In this document: piece after piece, positions 1-15,008 of the stretch
Numbering within the stretch: the first letter of the stretch is position 1
Layout: each line of letters starts with the position of its first letter
From: Ptychomitrium polyphyllum
Lineage: Eukaryota
Assembly: GCA_973851085.1 (NCBI GenBank)
Contig: OZ316775.1
Coordinates: 9,982,001-10,046,000 of the forward strand
Reading direction: 5' to 3'
Length of the DNA stretch: 64,000 nucleotides
The notes under the pieces: generated by a model
What the model was told of the DNA's origin: nothing
The model's database searches: none
The model's input: only the letters and a program-made list of their open reading frames with translations
Position numbers and translations under genes: made by a program

Positions 1-153
1 TCGTCACACATCAATCAGTCCAACATCTTAACCCTAATTGCGCTCCAGTATTCCACATTTTCACTAGAAATGCTCACCATGCTACCCTAATTAATTAGAC
101 GTCATTATTAGAAAACTGGCAGCCTAAAACCAATAATAGCACATCATTCAAAC

Positions 154-691
154 CTTTGTGAAAGTTTCACCCTGGTTGATGAGATACAGCAGCTTCGTAA
201 TGACCTAGCAAGACCGCGCACAAAGAAATTCATAAGCACGTGACTTCGAACCACCGGAACAAGAAAGACATGATCGGAAAAGTGCTCCTTGTATACCATT
301 GCTTGATTAGAACTCGCACTCCACACATGGCCAATGCAAGACGACGGAAACGAAACCATCGACCCTAAGTACTCACCTGCGCACACCGGCGGGCATCGAG
401 CTCGCGATCATTGAAGCAGCGCGCTTCCTGCAGGACGGCGCTCTTCTCAATGCCGTAGAACGGCGAGTATTCAGCTGCAAAATCCACACACCCGGAACGA
501 GAGAATGAGGAGATGCAGTTCTCCGCAAACACCTAATCAAAACTCTCTAAAACTTGACCTCAAACTCGCCTCCCTCCACCAGATCTTGCTCGATTTTGAT
601 CGGATCTAGCTCGTTTCGGAGAAGGAAAGAAAGGCTTACAGTCGTCGTCGATGTCATCGTCCTTCTTGAGGGCGGGCTGGACTAGCGCCAT
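154..691 (-). CDS. SEC21: Coatomer subunit gamma (gamma-COP), first three coding exons; gene continues past window start
   Basis: Exons 691-640, 474-377 and 204-154 with GT-AG introns give MALVQPALKKDDDIDDD-SEYSPFYGIEKSAVLQEARCFNDRELDARRCAQ-VITKLLYLINQGETFTK, the characteristic plant gamma-COP N-terminus. The ORF track misses it. Confidence 0.93.
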
Positions 692-2467
692 GGCGGAAGA
701 TCGAAATCCTGTGACGAGCTCGTGCTGCGAAGGCGAAAGCAAAAGGTCTACAAAGCAGTGTTTCCGAAACAAATGAGCGCCCCCGCTCTCCAACACTTCG
801 GATGCTCTCTGTTCGTCAAGGGATGCACACAACCAGTCTGCATCATCTATACAAGCCGTACATTTCTCAGAAAACAATCTATGCAGGACGTAGAGCATGA
901 TGAACTCAGCCACTACCTGAATTACGTGGATGGAAAAAAGACGACATCTGCCACTGTGCATGAGCTAAACCTTATCTACCGTTTTTCTAGAGAATACAGT
1001 ACGATATGTGCATATATTGGTAGAGAATGCCGGTTCTTGGTACAGCGACGGTTTTTCGTGCGCGTCCTATAATTCGTGGTGTGAGGCGTGAGTGCCCATT
1101 CTGACAAACCATGGATGATTTTTCCGCTTGACTCTGTTTACGGATGAAAGTAGAGTGGCTCTTTAGTGACGGCTTTCATCCAATTCGCGGAATGTTGTGG
1201 TCAGTGCTCCTTTATTAAATTATGGTTCTCCTGACAATCATGCTGCAAAGTTGCAGCTCATGAAGGGAGTGGTCCTTAAATCAATGAATATTCTCCTCAA
1301 AATTAGAGGTTGCAATCCAATTTGAAACATACATACTTTGATTGGCAAATAAAGAGCAATTTGTTGTAAAAAGAATGTAAGAGTTGGAGGAGTTACTTAA
1401 AACTGCTTGAGAAAAATTCAAAAGTATAGACGTTTTACTAGTCTATGTTGTGATCACATATTCGTTCCAACTTCATTCTATTTGAAATGGGGCATAAGTG
1501 CACCTACTACTTGACGGTAATGGAGATATGCTAGTTTTGATACCACAAGCGTTATTTGTTAGGAGTGTTTTGAAATATGTATAAAAAAATTTAAAAATTT
1601 GTTGAATACAATTTCAATACTAGAAAAATAATTTTTTGATTGTGATCCTTGATGATTTTTGAAAGCGGAATCTAATGCATAGAATTACAATATATTTTTA
1701 AGAAACATTAGTATGTTTAATTGGATAAATAGAAAAATCCCATAAAATGCACATAAATATGTGGGTTCTCTAAATCAACATACAGCCCAAAAACCAAAAC
1801 TTTCATAATACAACTAGAGGTCTCAGTTTCAAGGAACTTGTTAAAGCCTGTATGAGCTATTTGATAACAGTTCCTTTGTCCTATGACTTCTAGAAAGAAA
1901 TCAGAAAATTTGCCAAGTCAGTGTATTAACATTTAGATTGCGCAGGTGACCCAAATGCATGCTTAGGTGTCCCACCCCAAAATGCTTACTTGTATGTTTG
2001 ATAAGACACAGGATATTTCGGAAAACTACTTGGATGGTGCAAAATTTCTTCCAGAGTAAGGATGGTGTTTGAACTTGCTAGATATGTTTTCTCATCGCTG
2101 GATCTTGTCAAAGTCTTGTACAGAACATTCTCAAGTATATTAACCACATTAGGAACACCGGCATTGATATTGCTAAATGTACTTTAAATGATGTTTAGCA
2201 TGCAATAGGCTTTCTAGCATACATTGGATTCTGGACATTCTATTAGAGGCAGGAAGTGGAAGATACTGTTGAGGAATCTACATTGGGCCATACTGCAATA
2301 ATGGGAAAAGTACATCAATGTAGTCCATATGAACTATTTCAAAAATGAACTTGGATTGAATTCAACCTTATATCATCCAATTTTAGAGAAAATTACATAG
2401 AAATAAGAATTATTTTCAAAAAAAATTAAATTTTCATATACATCAATGCCAAATGTAAATGCATGCG

Positions 2468-2470
<3 letters not shown>

Positions 2471-2516
<46 letters not shown>
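2471..2516. repeat. (AT)n microsatellite
   Basis: About 23 perfect AT units. Confidence 0.95.
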
Positions 2517-2519
<3 letters not shown>

Positions 2520-3986
2520 CATTTAGAATAAACATACTAAAGAATATTTATTTTCTTCAATTAACAAAGAACAACAAGAGCAGTGCCAAAGTAATGTCAA
2601 ATTTTAAGAATTTGTATAGTGGTTGTCTAATATTTATATATAAAGTTGATTTCTTTAGAATTAAGATAATGTACATAATTTTCTTTTTATTACAATCATA
2701 TACTTTTACAATGAATTTTGACAAACAACTTTGAATGAGATTTAAAAATCCATGGGTTTAAAGTTGATAGTTAAAATGGAAATGTTATCAATAATGAAAT
2801 AGCCACAATAAATACTAGTATTTTTTTATACTATCTAAGTAGAAATTGCATGCGTTTGTGCACAAATTTATGTGCAATAATCCCGGGAGCTTGAACTTCT
2901 GCACGCCTGCGTTTGTCCATTATTTGTCCATAATTTGTCCATGTTCTTATTCTCAGTTAATTAAGCACTTTGAAACACAATTATATAGATTCAACTTAAT
3001 TTTATAAGATAATATGATATTCAAAGTATCATTGTACTTAGAGTGAAGGTTTTTGAAAAAATTGTATTAAACAGTTTCAATTACATATTATAATTTTAGA
3101 AATTGTAAATCATACTCGGGCATATTGAATCTATTTGGTTATAAAAAAATTTAACTAAATGTAGACAAATTTTTATTTTGATTTAGGTTCCGGAAAGAAA
3201 ATTTTGCACATATCTTATTCGAGTTTGAGGACTTGAAACTTAAATTATTACTAAATAATATTTTGCAAAGAGGAATTGAACCTATAGAAGATAAATTGAT
3301 CTCTTTAAAAAAAGAACACAGTGTTCTGAGGAAAATGACCACAGTAGCTTGACTTGAAGTAAAACAGAATTTTACCAAAAGATAATGACAACTGATGACC
3401 ATAAATATCTTAAGGCTCACACTTATGGACTTTTAAATTTGAGCTCCAACTCATGTTAAAATTCAAGAATTCTTTATGGCAATTGCAGTTCGAGCAAGAG
3501 GAGGGTTGTTGCCTGGAAGCTATACACTCCAGTCTAAAAAACCGATTTCTTGAAGAAGGGTATCAATATATCAAACAGCTGGTGAAAAATCCTCATTGAA
3601 CACAGCTTCACAAGTAAGATATAATTGCTGGCATCGAATCTAATACACACCTTAACAAGCTCATGTCATCAATGGTCATAGTACAACGATTCCTTTCAAG
3701 CAGACAATCCTGATACTGATCCACTCTGCTCGTGATTCACTACTCTAGTTTCGCAACACAAATCATAACTGACTAGCTCTCATCGTTCTTCAACCCCTGA
3801 TAATCAGTAGCATGCTAAACGGAAGGACATCGTTCATTGAAGGAAGAGATACATAAAACAGCAACGACCTTGGGCAATTTGCCACCGAATGGCCTTGGAC
3901 GATGAATTACGGCTTCGGAGCACAACATATTAGAGCCTATCTACAAGCTTAACAGATGAGATGAGATGACATGGAGGAGGAGCTGC

Positions 3987-6156
<2,170 letters not shown>

Positions 6157-8197
6157 TCAGCATAGACCTTTTGATTGCTCGACACAAGCTGGGCGGCGCC
6201 TGATGAAGGCGTCAGGGGTCGCAAACCGTTTTCCATTCCGGGGCAAGGGAAAGGAGTAGTCCTTTGAATTTCCTGTCTGTATACCACGAAACGACGTACC
6301 TGTGGCTTCACGCGTCCTTGCGTATTTGTACTAATAACCGTATATATGTGGAAGAAGATAATGGCCCGTTTGAAGGGCTTTTTCGAGAGAGAAAATCTAC
6401 TGTGGAGTGCATACCAAAAACTGTCACTGAACCTAAAGGCGGCACCATCCACTCTTTCGTTAGAGTTACCGAAATGTTGTGAAAGCACGCACTACGAAAC
6501 TTCCATGCATGTGATTCGACGTCATGTTTATATAACGTAGGCAGGTGCATTGGCGCCACCCACTGTGTACAAATAAGATTGTTTCCCTGGCGTTCATTTA
6601 AGCGTTAAATTACGTGGGCTTAATTCAAAATCAAAATCACTTTGGTTAAGACTTGTAACGGTCTTCTGCATTCTCTGTTCAAGACTAAATGCTTGTGTAG
6701 TTTTTCCGTCATGGAAAGGGTGGCAACAATTGGCTTGCAGAGGGTAAAGCTAACTTTTTGATATTAGATGATTAAACTTATAGAAATAAGCCTGTAAAAA
6801 AATTGTATTCTTTAGAGATTTGAAAGGAGAAACTAATAGAAAGGTAACCTGTGGCAATGTCTTAAGAAATTAGTCTGAATTAAAGATATAGTTTGATTTC
6901 AACAACATTTTTATCCAATTTTATTTAATAATATTTAATAATATTGGTGGTTTCTAGGCAATCATTTAATCTTGTATATGTACAAAAGATTCAACATAGA
7001 TATCTTAAAACTAACAATATTAAATTCCAAATGTCCAATCATGCGTTTTTTTTATGGTTTCCTACATCCAAGTGTATGTATTTATGCTCTTAAAGGAATT
7101 TTCATCCATGCCTTAAAGTTAAAATTCATAATGAATGTTACAAATTAAAATCTAATTTGTGATTTTGTTCTCTAATTTGAATAATCTATAAACCTTATAA
7201 AAGGTTTTTATATAAAGTTGAAATTCTAATGAATTACTTATATGGGCCTTTTAATATTAAGCATTCAAAACAATTCAAATTTATTTACTGAAGTAAGTCT
7301 CCTTTACTTTGAAAAGTAAAAAATAGTCAATAATATGAATGCATGAATTTTGATTGGTGACTTAGCATACATACTCTTTCAATCATTAGTGGAATATGAT
7401 TTTACAAGTGCAATTATGCCTCGGTTGTCTCGCTGATTTCCAGTATCTGCCAAGAATTAGTGTCACCAAATTCTGGATGCCTTAGCTTTCGAACTCAATT
7501 ATATTTAATAATAGATTGTTATTGTCACTCGGCCCTGGACTTGTGAGTTAAGATGCAGTTTGAACATATTCCATTGATTAAGAGCACCAGCACTCCAACA
7601 GGCTGAAATGTAAAAAAGAATCTTTCAATTGACATAAAATTAGAATTTGAGAATGCCATCATTGAAAGCAAGTTGCCAACGTCACAATTCCATGCAAGAG
7701 TATCAAGAACACAAGCTTACAAGCATGATACACATCTCTATCAGTTGAAACACTCAATCGACCCAACAAAGATTAAAACAGGACCCGATAAACAATTTTT
7801 TAAACCTCGAAGGAGTAGTCTCTATAATTTGAGACAAATAAAGATCCCGTGCCTCATTCGAATTCTAAAGTAACACCTAAACAAGATGACAAGAATCAAA
7901 TTAAGTTCCGTTATACCGAGAACTGGCCATAATAACCTTGATATGCTACTAAACTTTACATATCTACAACACGGAGAATCTTACAAGGATGTTTTCATGT
8001 GAACGATCCCAGCTTCCTTAACCGACTACTAGAAGCAGAAATATGGCCTCATCCTTGAACACATCCAGCTGAACGTGAAAACGTACGGAAATTTTGGTCA
8101 CACCCTGTTCAACCAACTATAACTTCCCGTTTCGAAATTGTATAGAAAATGTACCCGAAAGTCAACTACCTCAACTTATTGCTTTGTGCTAGAATGA

Positions 8198-9559
8198 TTA
8201 GAAACTGCTAGCCATAGATTCAATAATCAGTTGATATCCATCTGGTACAGGGCCTTCATTTCGGATAGCCTCTGTCAGCTGTGGGACATCTGCGTTAATG
8301 TCCAGGAAGTTGGACAGTAATAGAAGAAGATGGAAATCGGAGATACGCTTGACGTATGGCTTACTCTTGTGGCGTTCCAAATGTGCTTTCAAAGCCTGCA
8401 AAGTGGCAGGTGGGTCTCGATTCTCAACTGGGAACGTTGTCGTCAGTGAGCCCTGTAAAACAGAAATCACAATCGTGAGCGCATTCCCTTAGCTGACGCA
8501 GTTTGAGGAGCGAAACTTCCAATCTTAATCCAAGAAAGAAAACTCCAAAAAAATGGCAGCGCAGGGCAGAAAATTACATACCTCGTGATCGAAAATCTTC
8601 ACGGGCACTAAGAAAAAGTCGTTGTCGACGGTGAAGGTGTCTTTCTGAAGGACTATAACCTCCTTCTTCATTCTCGTTAACTTAGGGTCCAGATCTGGCA
8701 CATTCTCCAAAAACCAGCCATCCTTGAACAACTTTACGCACTGATCACTCAACTGAAAAGCCTCAAAATGAACATCTGCACCCCCATCTTCGTTAACTTC
8801 GAGCTTCACTATGGCTGTAGCCCAGTATTCAAAGTCCGACTCCGCATGAAATTCAGCTGCTTGCCGTATCTCCGCACTCGATAACGTGTAATCCCTGCTC
8901 GCCTGGCTCACAGTCTGAGTGAAAATGAACCCTACTTTGCGTAACCCTATCCCTGCAGCAATCACATCCGCTCGCTTCTCCTCATGCATATCCCTCATGA
9001 GGAGCAACCCCTCCTCCGAGCCCTGCTGCGGCGGCTCATAAATTACATCCACCTTCACCTCCCCTGCCTCATTCACCGACCCGTACATGATCCCTCCTCG
9101 CTTGATCGAAAACGCCAGGCTCTCGTGCACATACCGCTGGAACGTATTCGCGGCCTCCCGATCAAACGACAACGCGCTGCAGTGCGGCGTCTCCTGACGC
9201 TCGATCCGCGTCTGCCGCGCAATCAAGTCGTCCATGGTCATCTTCCGCCCGAACGCCCCATGCGGCGTCACGGGCGTCACCGGCGCCACCACTCGGTCCC
9301 CGCTATAATACAGAAACAGCAACGTCCCGTGGCCAATCCCCAGCGACGCCAACGTCACCCCCGGATTCTGCATGTCCGCAAACTCCAGCCCGTTGACAGG
9401 ATCCTTGCTCAGCAGCAGCGCCTTGTTGCGCGACAGCAGCTGGCTGCTCACGGGCACACTCAACGTCTCCGCTATCGCCTCCTGCAAGTCCCCCACCGTC
9501 GCGTTGCCCCCAACCTGCACCCGCTCCAGCCCGTCCCGGCTCCGCAATCGGATCAACAT
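8198..9559 (-). CDS. NPL4: NPL4-like protein (CDC48/UFD1 cofactor), 2 exons, 410 aa
   Basis: Exons 9559-8582 and 8452-8198. N-terminal MLIRLRSRDGLERV ubiquitin-like domain, IYEPPQQG, VGFIF, HFEAFQ and FPVENR...SDFHLLL motifs. Confidence 0.95.
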
Positions 9560-9730
9560 CCCTGCAAACCTCACTGCACTCGCGCCCACCAAACCGCTCT
9601 CTTGGTGATCAATGCACTCCGGAACGCTACCTCAACGCCCCTACAGGACCGCTTTGATCGGGCTAAGTGCGGCGAGCGCTGGCTGGGCTGGTGCCGCGTT
9701 GTGCGAGTCGACGCATCCGCAAGTGTGAGG

Positions 9731-9738
9731 AAACCCTA
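9731..9738. promoter_or_regulatory. Telo-box (AAACCCTA) upstream of NPL4
   Basis: Exact motif about 170 nt upstream of the NPL4 ATG; function is inferred only. Confidence 0.35.
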
Positions 9739-11308
9739 AAACCTTCCACAAGAAAGACGAGGGCGATGAGCAGTGCGCAAAGGCGAAACCCGCCTTGGAG
9801 CTCATTCGAGGTCCCATTGGGACCTGTTCCTGACACGTGTCGCAGTGCGCCCATCTCGGCTTGAAACTTTCTCTTCCTTTTCCTTTTGCCTTTTTTTGGG
9901 AAACTTTCTCCGTACTAATGTTCACCTTGCATGAGCACAAAATACAGTAGACTATTTGGCCGTTATTTTGGTAAAACCTATTGAATATGTATGTATGTTT
10001 ATTTTTCAATTTATGATTTTTATCTAATTGTCTTATATCCATTCAAAGTAGTGTAGATTAGGTTGGTAGAAACTCAATGCTTTCAAAAAAAATTATGTTT
10101 GGAATAAAAAAATTTAATTACATAAAAAATTTAATGGTATAAAAATAATATGTAGTTTTAAAAAGAATTTGAACATAATGTAAATAAATGATATAAGTTA
10201 AAAGAAATTGAAATGTTAATCTTTATCCATTGTAACATTGATTTTAGTGTGCATAAATAGTATGGTACATTGTAATATCAATTCTATTGTAAACATGATA
10301 AAAATTTATTAATATGGTAGTTGATTTGAAGAATTCAAGTTGTATGAATGAGGCTATAAATTTGTATAAGTGATGTTAAATAAAATGGATGTTTTTTTTA
10401 GCAATGTTGTTCATTAAATGGGCATATGTCAGAAAAATAAATATAAATTGCTAAATATAAATTCTTTTCTTCTTGAAATACTCTATGTCCAATTTTTGTA
10501 ATTTTGAAATAGTTTTTGAAAAATGTATTTTGACTTTTAATGTAAAATCTTAATGCATCACATTAATATTTACAATGATAGTGAATGTTGACTAAAATAG
10601 ATGTTAAATGATGGAGAATGTTTTTTAAACTCATTATATGATGCATTGATGATATTGTGATTCTTCCATTTTTTTGATGGTGAATTTTGGAATACAAAGA
10701 TTATAGTTTCTAATCTCCATTTTGCTGCATTTATGCTATAAAATAGATCCACAAGTTATATTCAAGTTGCTCTTAGATTCATTACTATATTTTGTATTGG
10801 TGAAATTTATTTAGCTCTATAATTGTAATTTGATTTATTTTTATAGAATACTTAAATTGTATGCATGACAAAAAATCTAACATTTATATTTGAAATTTTC
10901 AACATTTTTATTTTAACAATTGGAGTATTATCAAATGTTTTTCATTTTTAATTTTGTATTTAGTAACTTTGTGTAGAAAATGCAATGTTGCTAGTCTTCT
11001 ATAACATCAATTTAGTTAATTCTTGTTTTAACAATTGATTTAGAAGAAAATAGTAATTATTAATAACTTTCTATAGTTTATTGTGCTTCCTCCTACAAGG
11101 TACCAAACAATAATTTTCATTGGTTGCTAAATTCCTAAAACATGTAATAATCAAGTACAATTGCTACAAAGTGCATTTAATAATCTTAGAAGCAATTTCT
11201 TTCGAGATTTGGATACTATATACTCTTTGAAAAACATTAAATAAATCAAGATCTCATATTTCAATTTGACTATACAAATATTAAAAAAGATAATTGGAGA
11301 TGAGTTCC

Positions 11309-11507
11309 AAGCCATGAAAACAACCTCTTTTAAAGGTCATGAAAAAACAACCTCCTTCAAGGCCATGAAAAAACAACCAACTCAAGGCGAAGAGAAACAA
11401 CCGTGTTGGATGGAATTTTGGATGGAATTTTGGATGTAATTTGGATGTAATTTGGATGTAATTTGGATGTAATTTTGGAAGTATTTTGGATGTAATTTTG
11501 GATGTAA
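11309..11507. repeat. Two adjacent minisatellites
   Basis: About 4 degenerate ~25-bp units (tcaaggccatgaaaaaacaacc) at 11309-11402, then 9 units of TTGGATG(T/G)AAT(T) at 11406-11507. Confidence 0.9.
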
Positions 11508-11514
11508 CTTTTCA

Positions 11515-12470
11515 CGAGCGAAGAGCATTTGCTGTTACCGAGTTCGTCACGAGTCCTGGGGAGTGGCTTGGGCAACTGGGATTCTGGTAGGCATGCGTCA
11601 TGGGAAGCCATGCAGATAATGACCAAACCACGTACTGATTTCTCTCCGTCAGGTATCGAACCCCGCTTTGCAGTTTTCTTCAAGCTCTTGGCCGGTTGTG
11701 AGTAGCGACTGTCACGGTTCACGTGAACGAGAACGGGTTTCATCACTGTCTGGTGCCTCGGAGGGAGGTTTGTCGTGATTGCTTCCAAAATCACAGCGTG
11801 CAGATTCATGTAGTGCGAGCCGATGCTGACTTTGGTCCCATGCAAGCACGCTGGAGACAAGTTCCTTGACACGTCTGGCCATGGCCGTCTTGTGCAGCTT
11901 GGCTTGACCATGCATCAGCCAAAACAAATCTGCAGGGCGCTCAACCGTGTTGAGGAGAAACCTATCGGGTGTGAAGTTGCCTATAATCTTGAGGTCTAAA
12001 GGTTTATATCGAGGACTGCAGATCCAAGAGAGAGGCTATTTCGTGACAGGAAAACGGATTTAATCGCATGCAGGCTGTTCCTTGAAACTGACTGCAAGAA
12101 TCGGTTCTGATAGGGGTGATGGCAATGAGGCAGTCCGTGAGCTGAAGGTTCTGGCCATGTACCTCCGCATATGCTTCTCCTGCAACCCGAAGCCACGTAA
12201 GTAAATGAATCAGAAGGAACATAATGTAGACATGCAGTGCATTTTCAATTGCTCCTCGCATGCATGCAGGCGGAGAGACTGCGCCCTCGCCAGCCATGCG
12301 ACGAACCCCGAAAGACTACCTTGACCCAGTTGTTGGAAGACGAAACAGTGGCTCACCCGCACAATCAAGAATAATCCTGTACTCTTGCAAATGTGAGGCC
12401 GGTTTCCAAGTCATCTGCCGACTCGCCGCCATATCCAGAGCACCTTCCTTAGAAACACCCTTTCGCGACT
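11515..12470 (-). pseudogene. Possible decayed coding sequence of unknown family
   Basis: GC-balanced island after AT-rich DNA. Protein-like segments (GEAYAEVHGQNLQLTDCLIAITP; GNFTPDRFLLNTVERPADLFWLMHGQAKLHKTAMARRVKELV) are broken by frameshifts and stops. I do not recognise the family. Confidence 0.3.
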
Positions 12471-14036
12471 CTGATCAGAAATTCTGAATTGAATCTGCTA
12501 CAGTAAATCTACAAAGGTGCTCTGCAATTGTTGCCGATGAGCACAGCGAGATGATCCTGGTGTTGCAGTGACGTGATCGTTTCCTGCCAAAATTTCTTTT
12601 TATAGTGGGATCGTCACTATCCACGCGTGCTGGAGCCCATCTACTGCTCAGGCCAAACTGAATTCATCCATCGAGTGAGGACTTCGACGTCAGCAGCACC
12701 AAGTCGAGATTTCTATGGAAAGAGCCCATCTTCTAGTTGGCATGGACTCTGCAAGGGAGCCCTAATCGAGTCTTGATTGATATTTTGCAAATAAAGAAAA
12801 CAGAGGAGAGTAAAGGAGCCCTGACATCATATGTCGAATTGTAACGGTGACTACGGTTGTCGCGTGAGTTCTTTGTCAAGGCTCGTGCCCTTGTACTTAC
12901 ACGACAAAGACATTTCTCTGTTGCTAGTACTATTCATTCTCTGACCCTTTCTGTGCAATTTCAATCCATCATAGCCGATTCCGGAGGTTTGATTTCAGGT
13001 CGGTGTTCAACTCCAATTGGGAGAGGCTTATCTGTTGACTGTCTCTGTGAGTTTTTGTGCTGCTTTGGTGGTTTTGTCTGAGCTGGTGGTAGTTTCCATG
13101 GTTAGTTGGAGCCGCAAGGACGGTGCTGTCGGGGTAATTTTAGTGTTACGGTTATGAGGTGTCCGATTCTAGCATGTTACGATTATGCAGGTGTGGATGT
13201 TCTAGCCTTTAACGAGGAGAGGACATCGGTGTTTATTTGACTTCGATCGGGACATTGGTGTTTATTTGACTTTCGTACTCCGATCGGGTGTGACGTCAAG
13301 GAGGGAAATGCATTTATATTGAGGGTAATGTGGGAGGAATCGTATTGTCAGGAAGTTGTCGAGTCTTCAGAGGAAAGACGGTGTAGGCTTATAAGAGGAC
13401 ATTGCGCTCTGGAGCTGGCGTCTTCCATTTGTATGCATACTGCTTGATTGTGCTCCTGCGTTGTTTCGGTATGACGGGAGTATTGGACGATGTGTACAGC
13501 TTGACCAGTCTGAAAAACCGACATTGCACGATATACACAATTTGTCTTGCTGATGTTCATACCAATTTCGTTTCTCGTCCCTCGAGTTGGAGATCGGCTA
13601 GTCCTTCTAAAGTTTGTTTAGAACATTCCGTTGGAGCCTATGTCGACCCTTAGATTCCTTATAGTCTTTACTAGTTTCTCTGGATTACTCTTTTGGCTAA
13701 GAATGAAATTGCAAGAGTACTAGTAACCTCGTTATCACCCGACACCATTTCTTTAATCATCGCTGTTGTGCGTTGTTGCAGGTTCAGTTCTTTAGAATAG
13801 CAATACAAATTTCATAATCACGGTTGAGAGAAATCTATACAACTGTGTCTTTTAGGGTATAGGTGTAAACTTCAGAATTTCTGAGGACTACTCCTTGCCA
13901 CGCTTGCTCGGTTGCAATTTTGCTTTTTGCTTAGATGATTTCTGCATAGTATTACTTTTCAGTAGTTTGAGAACAGATAATGTCCTACTTCTAATTTCTG
14001 AGTTCATGCGATTTTCTGCCATTTCAGGTTTCCCAG

Positions 14037-15008
14037 ATGGCGGCTCTCAAGATGTACTGCTAGTCTGCGATTGTCGGGAGAAACTTCGGAACAACTGTTG
14101 AAAGTCGTACGCAACATCATCGACGCAGTTGGCCAAGTAAGCTTCTAATTTGATATGTATTCAAACATGTAACGTATATGGAAAATCAATGCTCTTGATT
14201 TTATCTTTTGAAAATCTGGCGGCTTGTTTGTCCATTTATTACCAAACATTACCTTTGTTGAAGGAGTTTTGAAAACTATAAACACTTTTCAATACTGCTG
14301 GTGTTTTGGTTTTGCTGTTTTTCACCATTGGATGAATCATAAACGACAAAATCATAGACTGTGTCTATTATTTTGTGCAGAATTATTGATGCTCACAGGA
14401 TCCTCAATATGAACAGATGCTGAGGGCAGAAATGTTTGAATTTCCTGTTATAATGTTGTAGTTATTTTCGAGATGCAGGCTGCAAATGCACAAGCTGCTC
14501 TAGCATTCAAGCTATATCAAGAAAAGTTCTCAGCTCCGCGGTGGGAAGCCTTGGCCATATGTGGAGCACAGAAGCAGAGAATGCTTTGGGCTTCAACTGG
14601 TGTGAAGGGCCCATCATACCCAGATACTCTCTACGTCAACCCCCTTATCGGCCTTGACACTGAGTTTTTCTTTGGACAAGGATAACACAACGCTCCATTT
14701 TTGTCGCACGCATTCGAAGGGCAGAATTTGACCGTGTTTTTCATGTATTGTAGGTTACTAACATGTCCGATGAGGCACTGAATGCCTTTGTCGATCACGG
14801 AGTCGTGGAGAGGACAGTTGATGCCGACTTGCCTGGAGCGGAGAGGATTTATGATAAGGTTGAGGAATTGGGCATCAAATGGGAGGACGTTGGCAACCAG
14901 CTGGAGGACGAAGGCGTTGCATCATTTAAGAAGAGCTTTACCGGTTTGGTTCAGAACGTCACAGGCAAAGCGGACGCTCTAGCAGGAGTAAGGGCTCCCC
15001 AATATTGA
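14037..15008 (+). pseudogene. Truncated plastid-type transaldolase pseudogene
   Basis: Exons 14479-14661 (AANAQAALAFKLYQEKF...QRMLWASTGVK...DTLYVNPLIG) and 14754-15008 (VTNMSDEALNAFVDHG...LEDEGVASFKKSF) match the transaldolase C-terminus. The phase-0 donor after 14661 reads GA instead of GT. A putative first exon at 14037-14136 has an in-frame TAG, and the middle exons are absent. Confidence 0.8.

Noticed and set aside
560..1072. 133-aa and 116-aa ORFs
   Set aside because: The minus ORF is 5' UTR plus gamma-COP exon 1 plus intron read-through; the plus ORF has no recognisable features.
1940..2310. Slightly GC-richer island with a protein-like frame (FFQSKDGV...LVQNILKYINHIRNTGIDIAKC)
   Set aside because: Multiple stops and no family recognised; too weak to call.
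8984..9739. 251-aa Arg/His-rich plus ORF
   Set aside because: Antisense shadow of GC-rich NPL4 exon 1.
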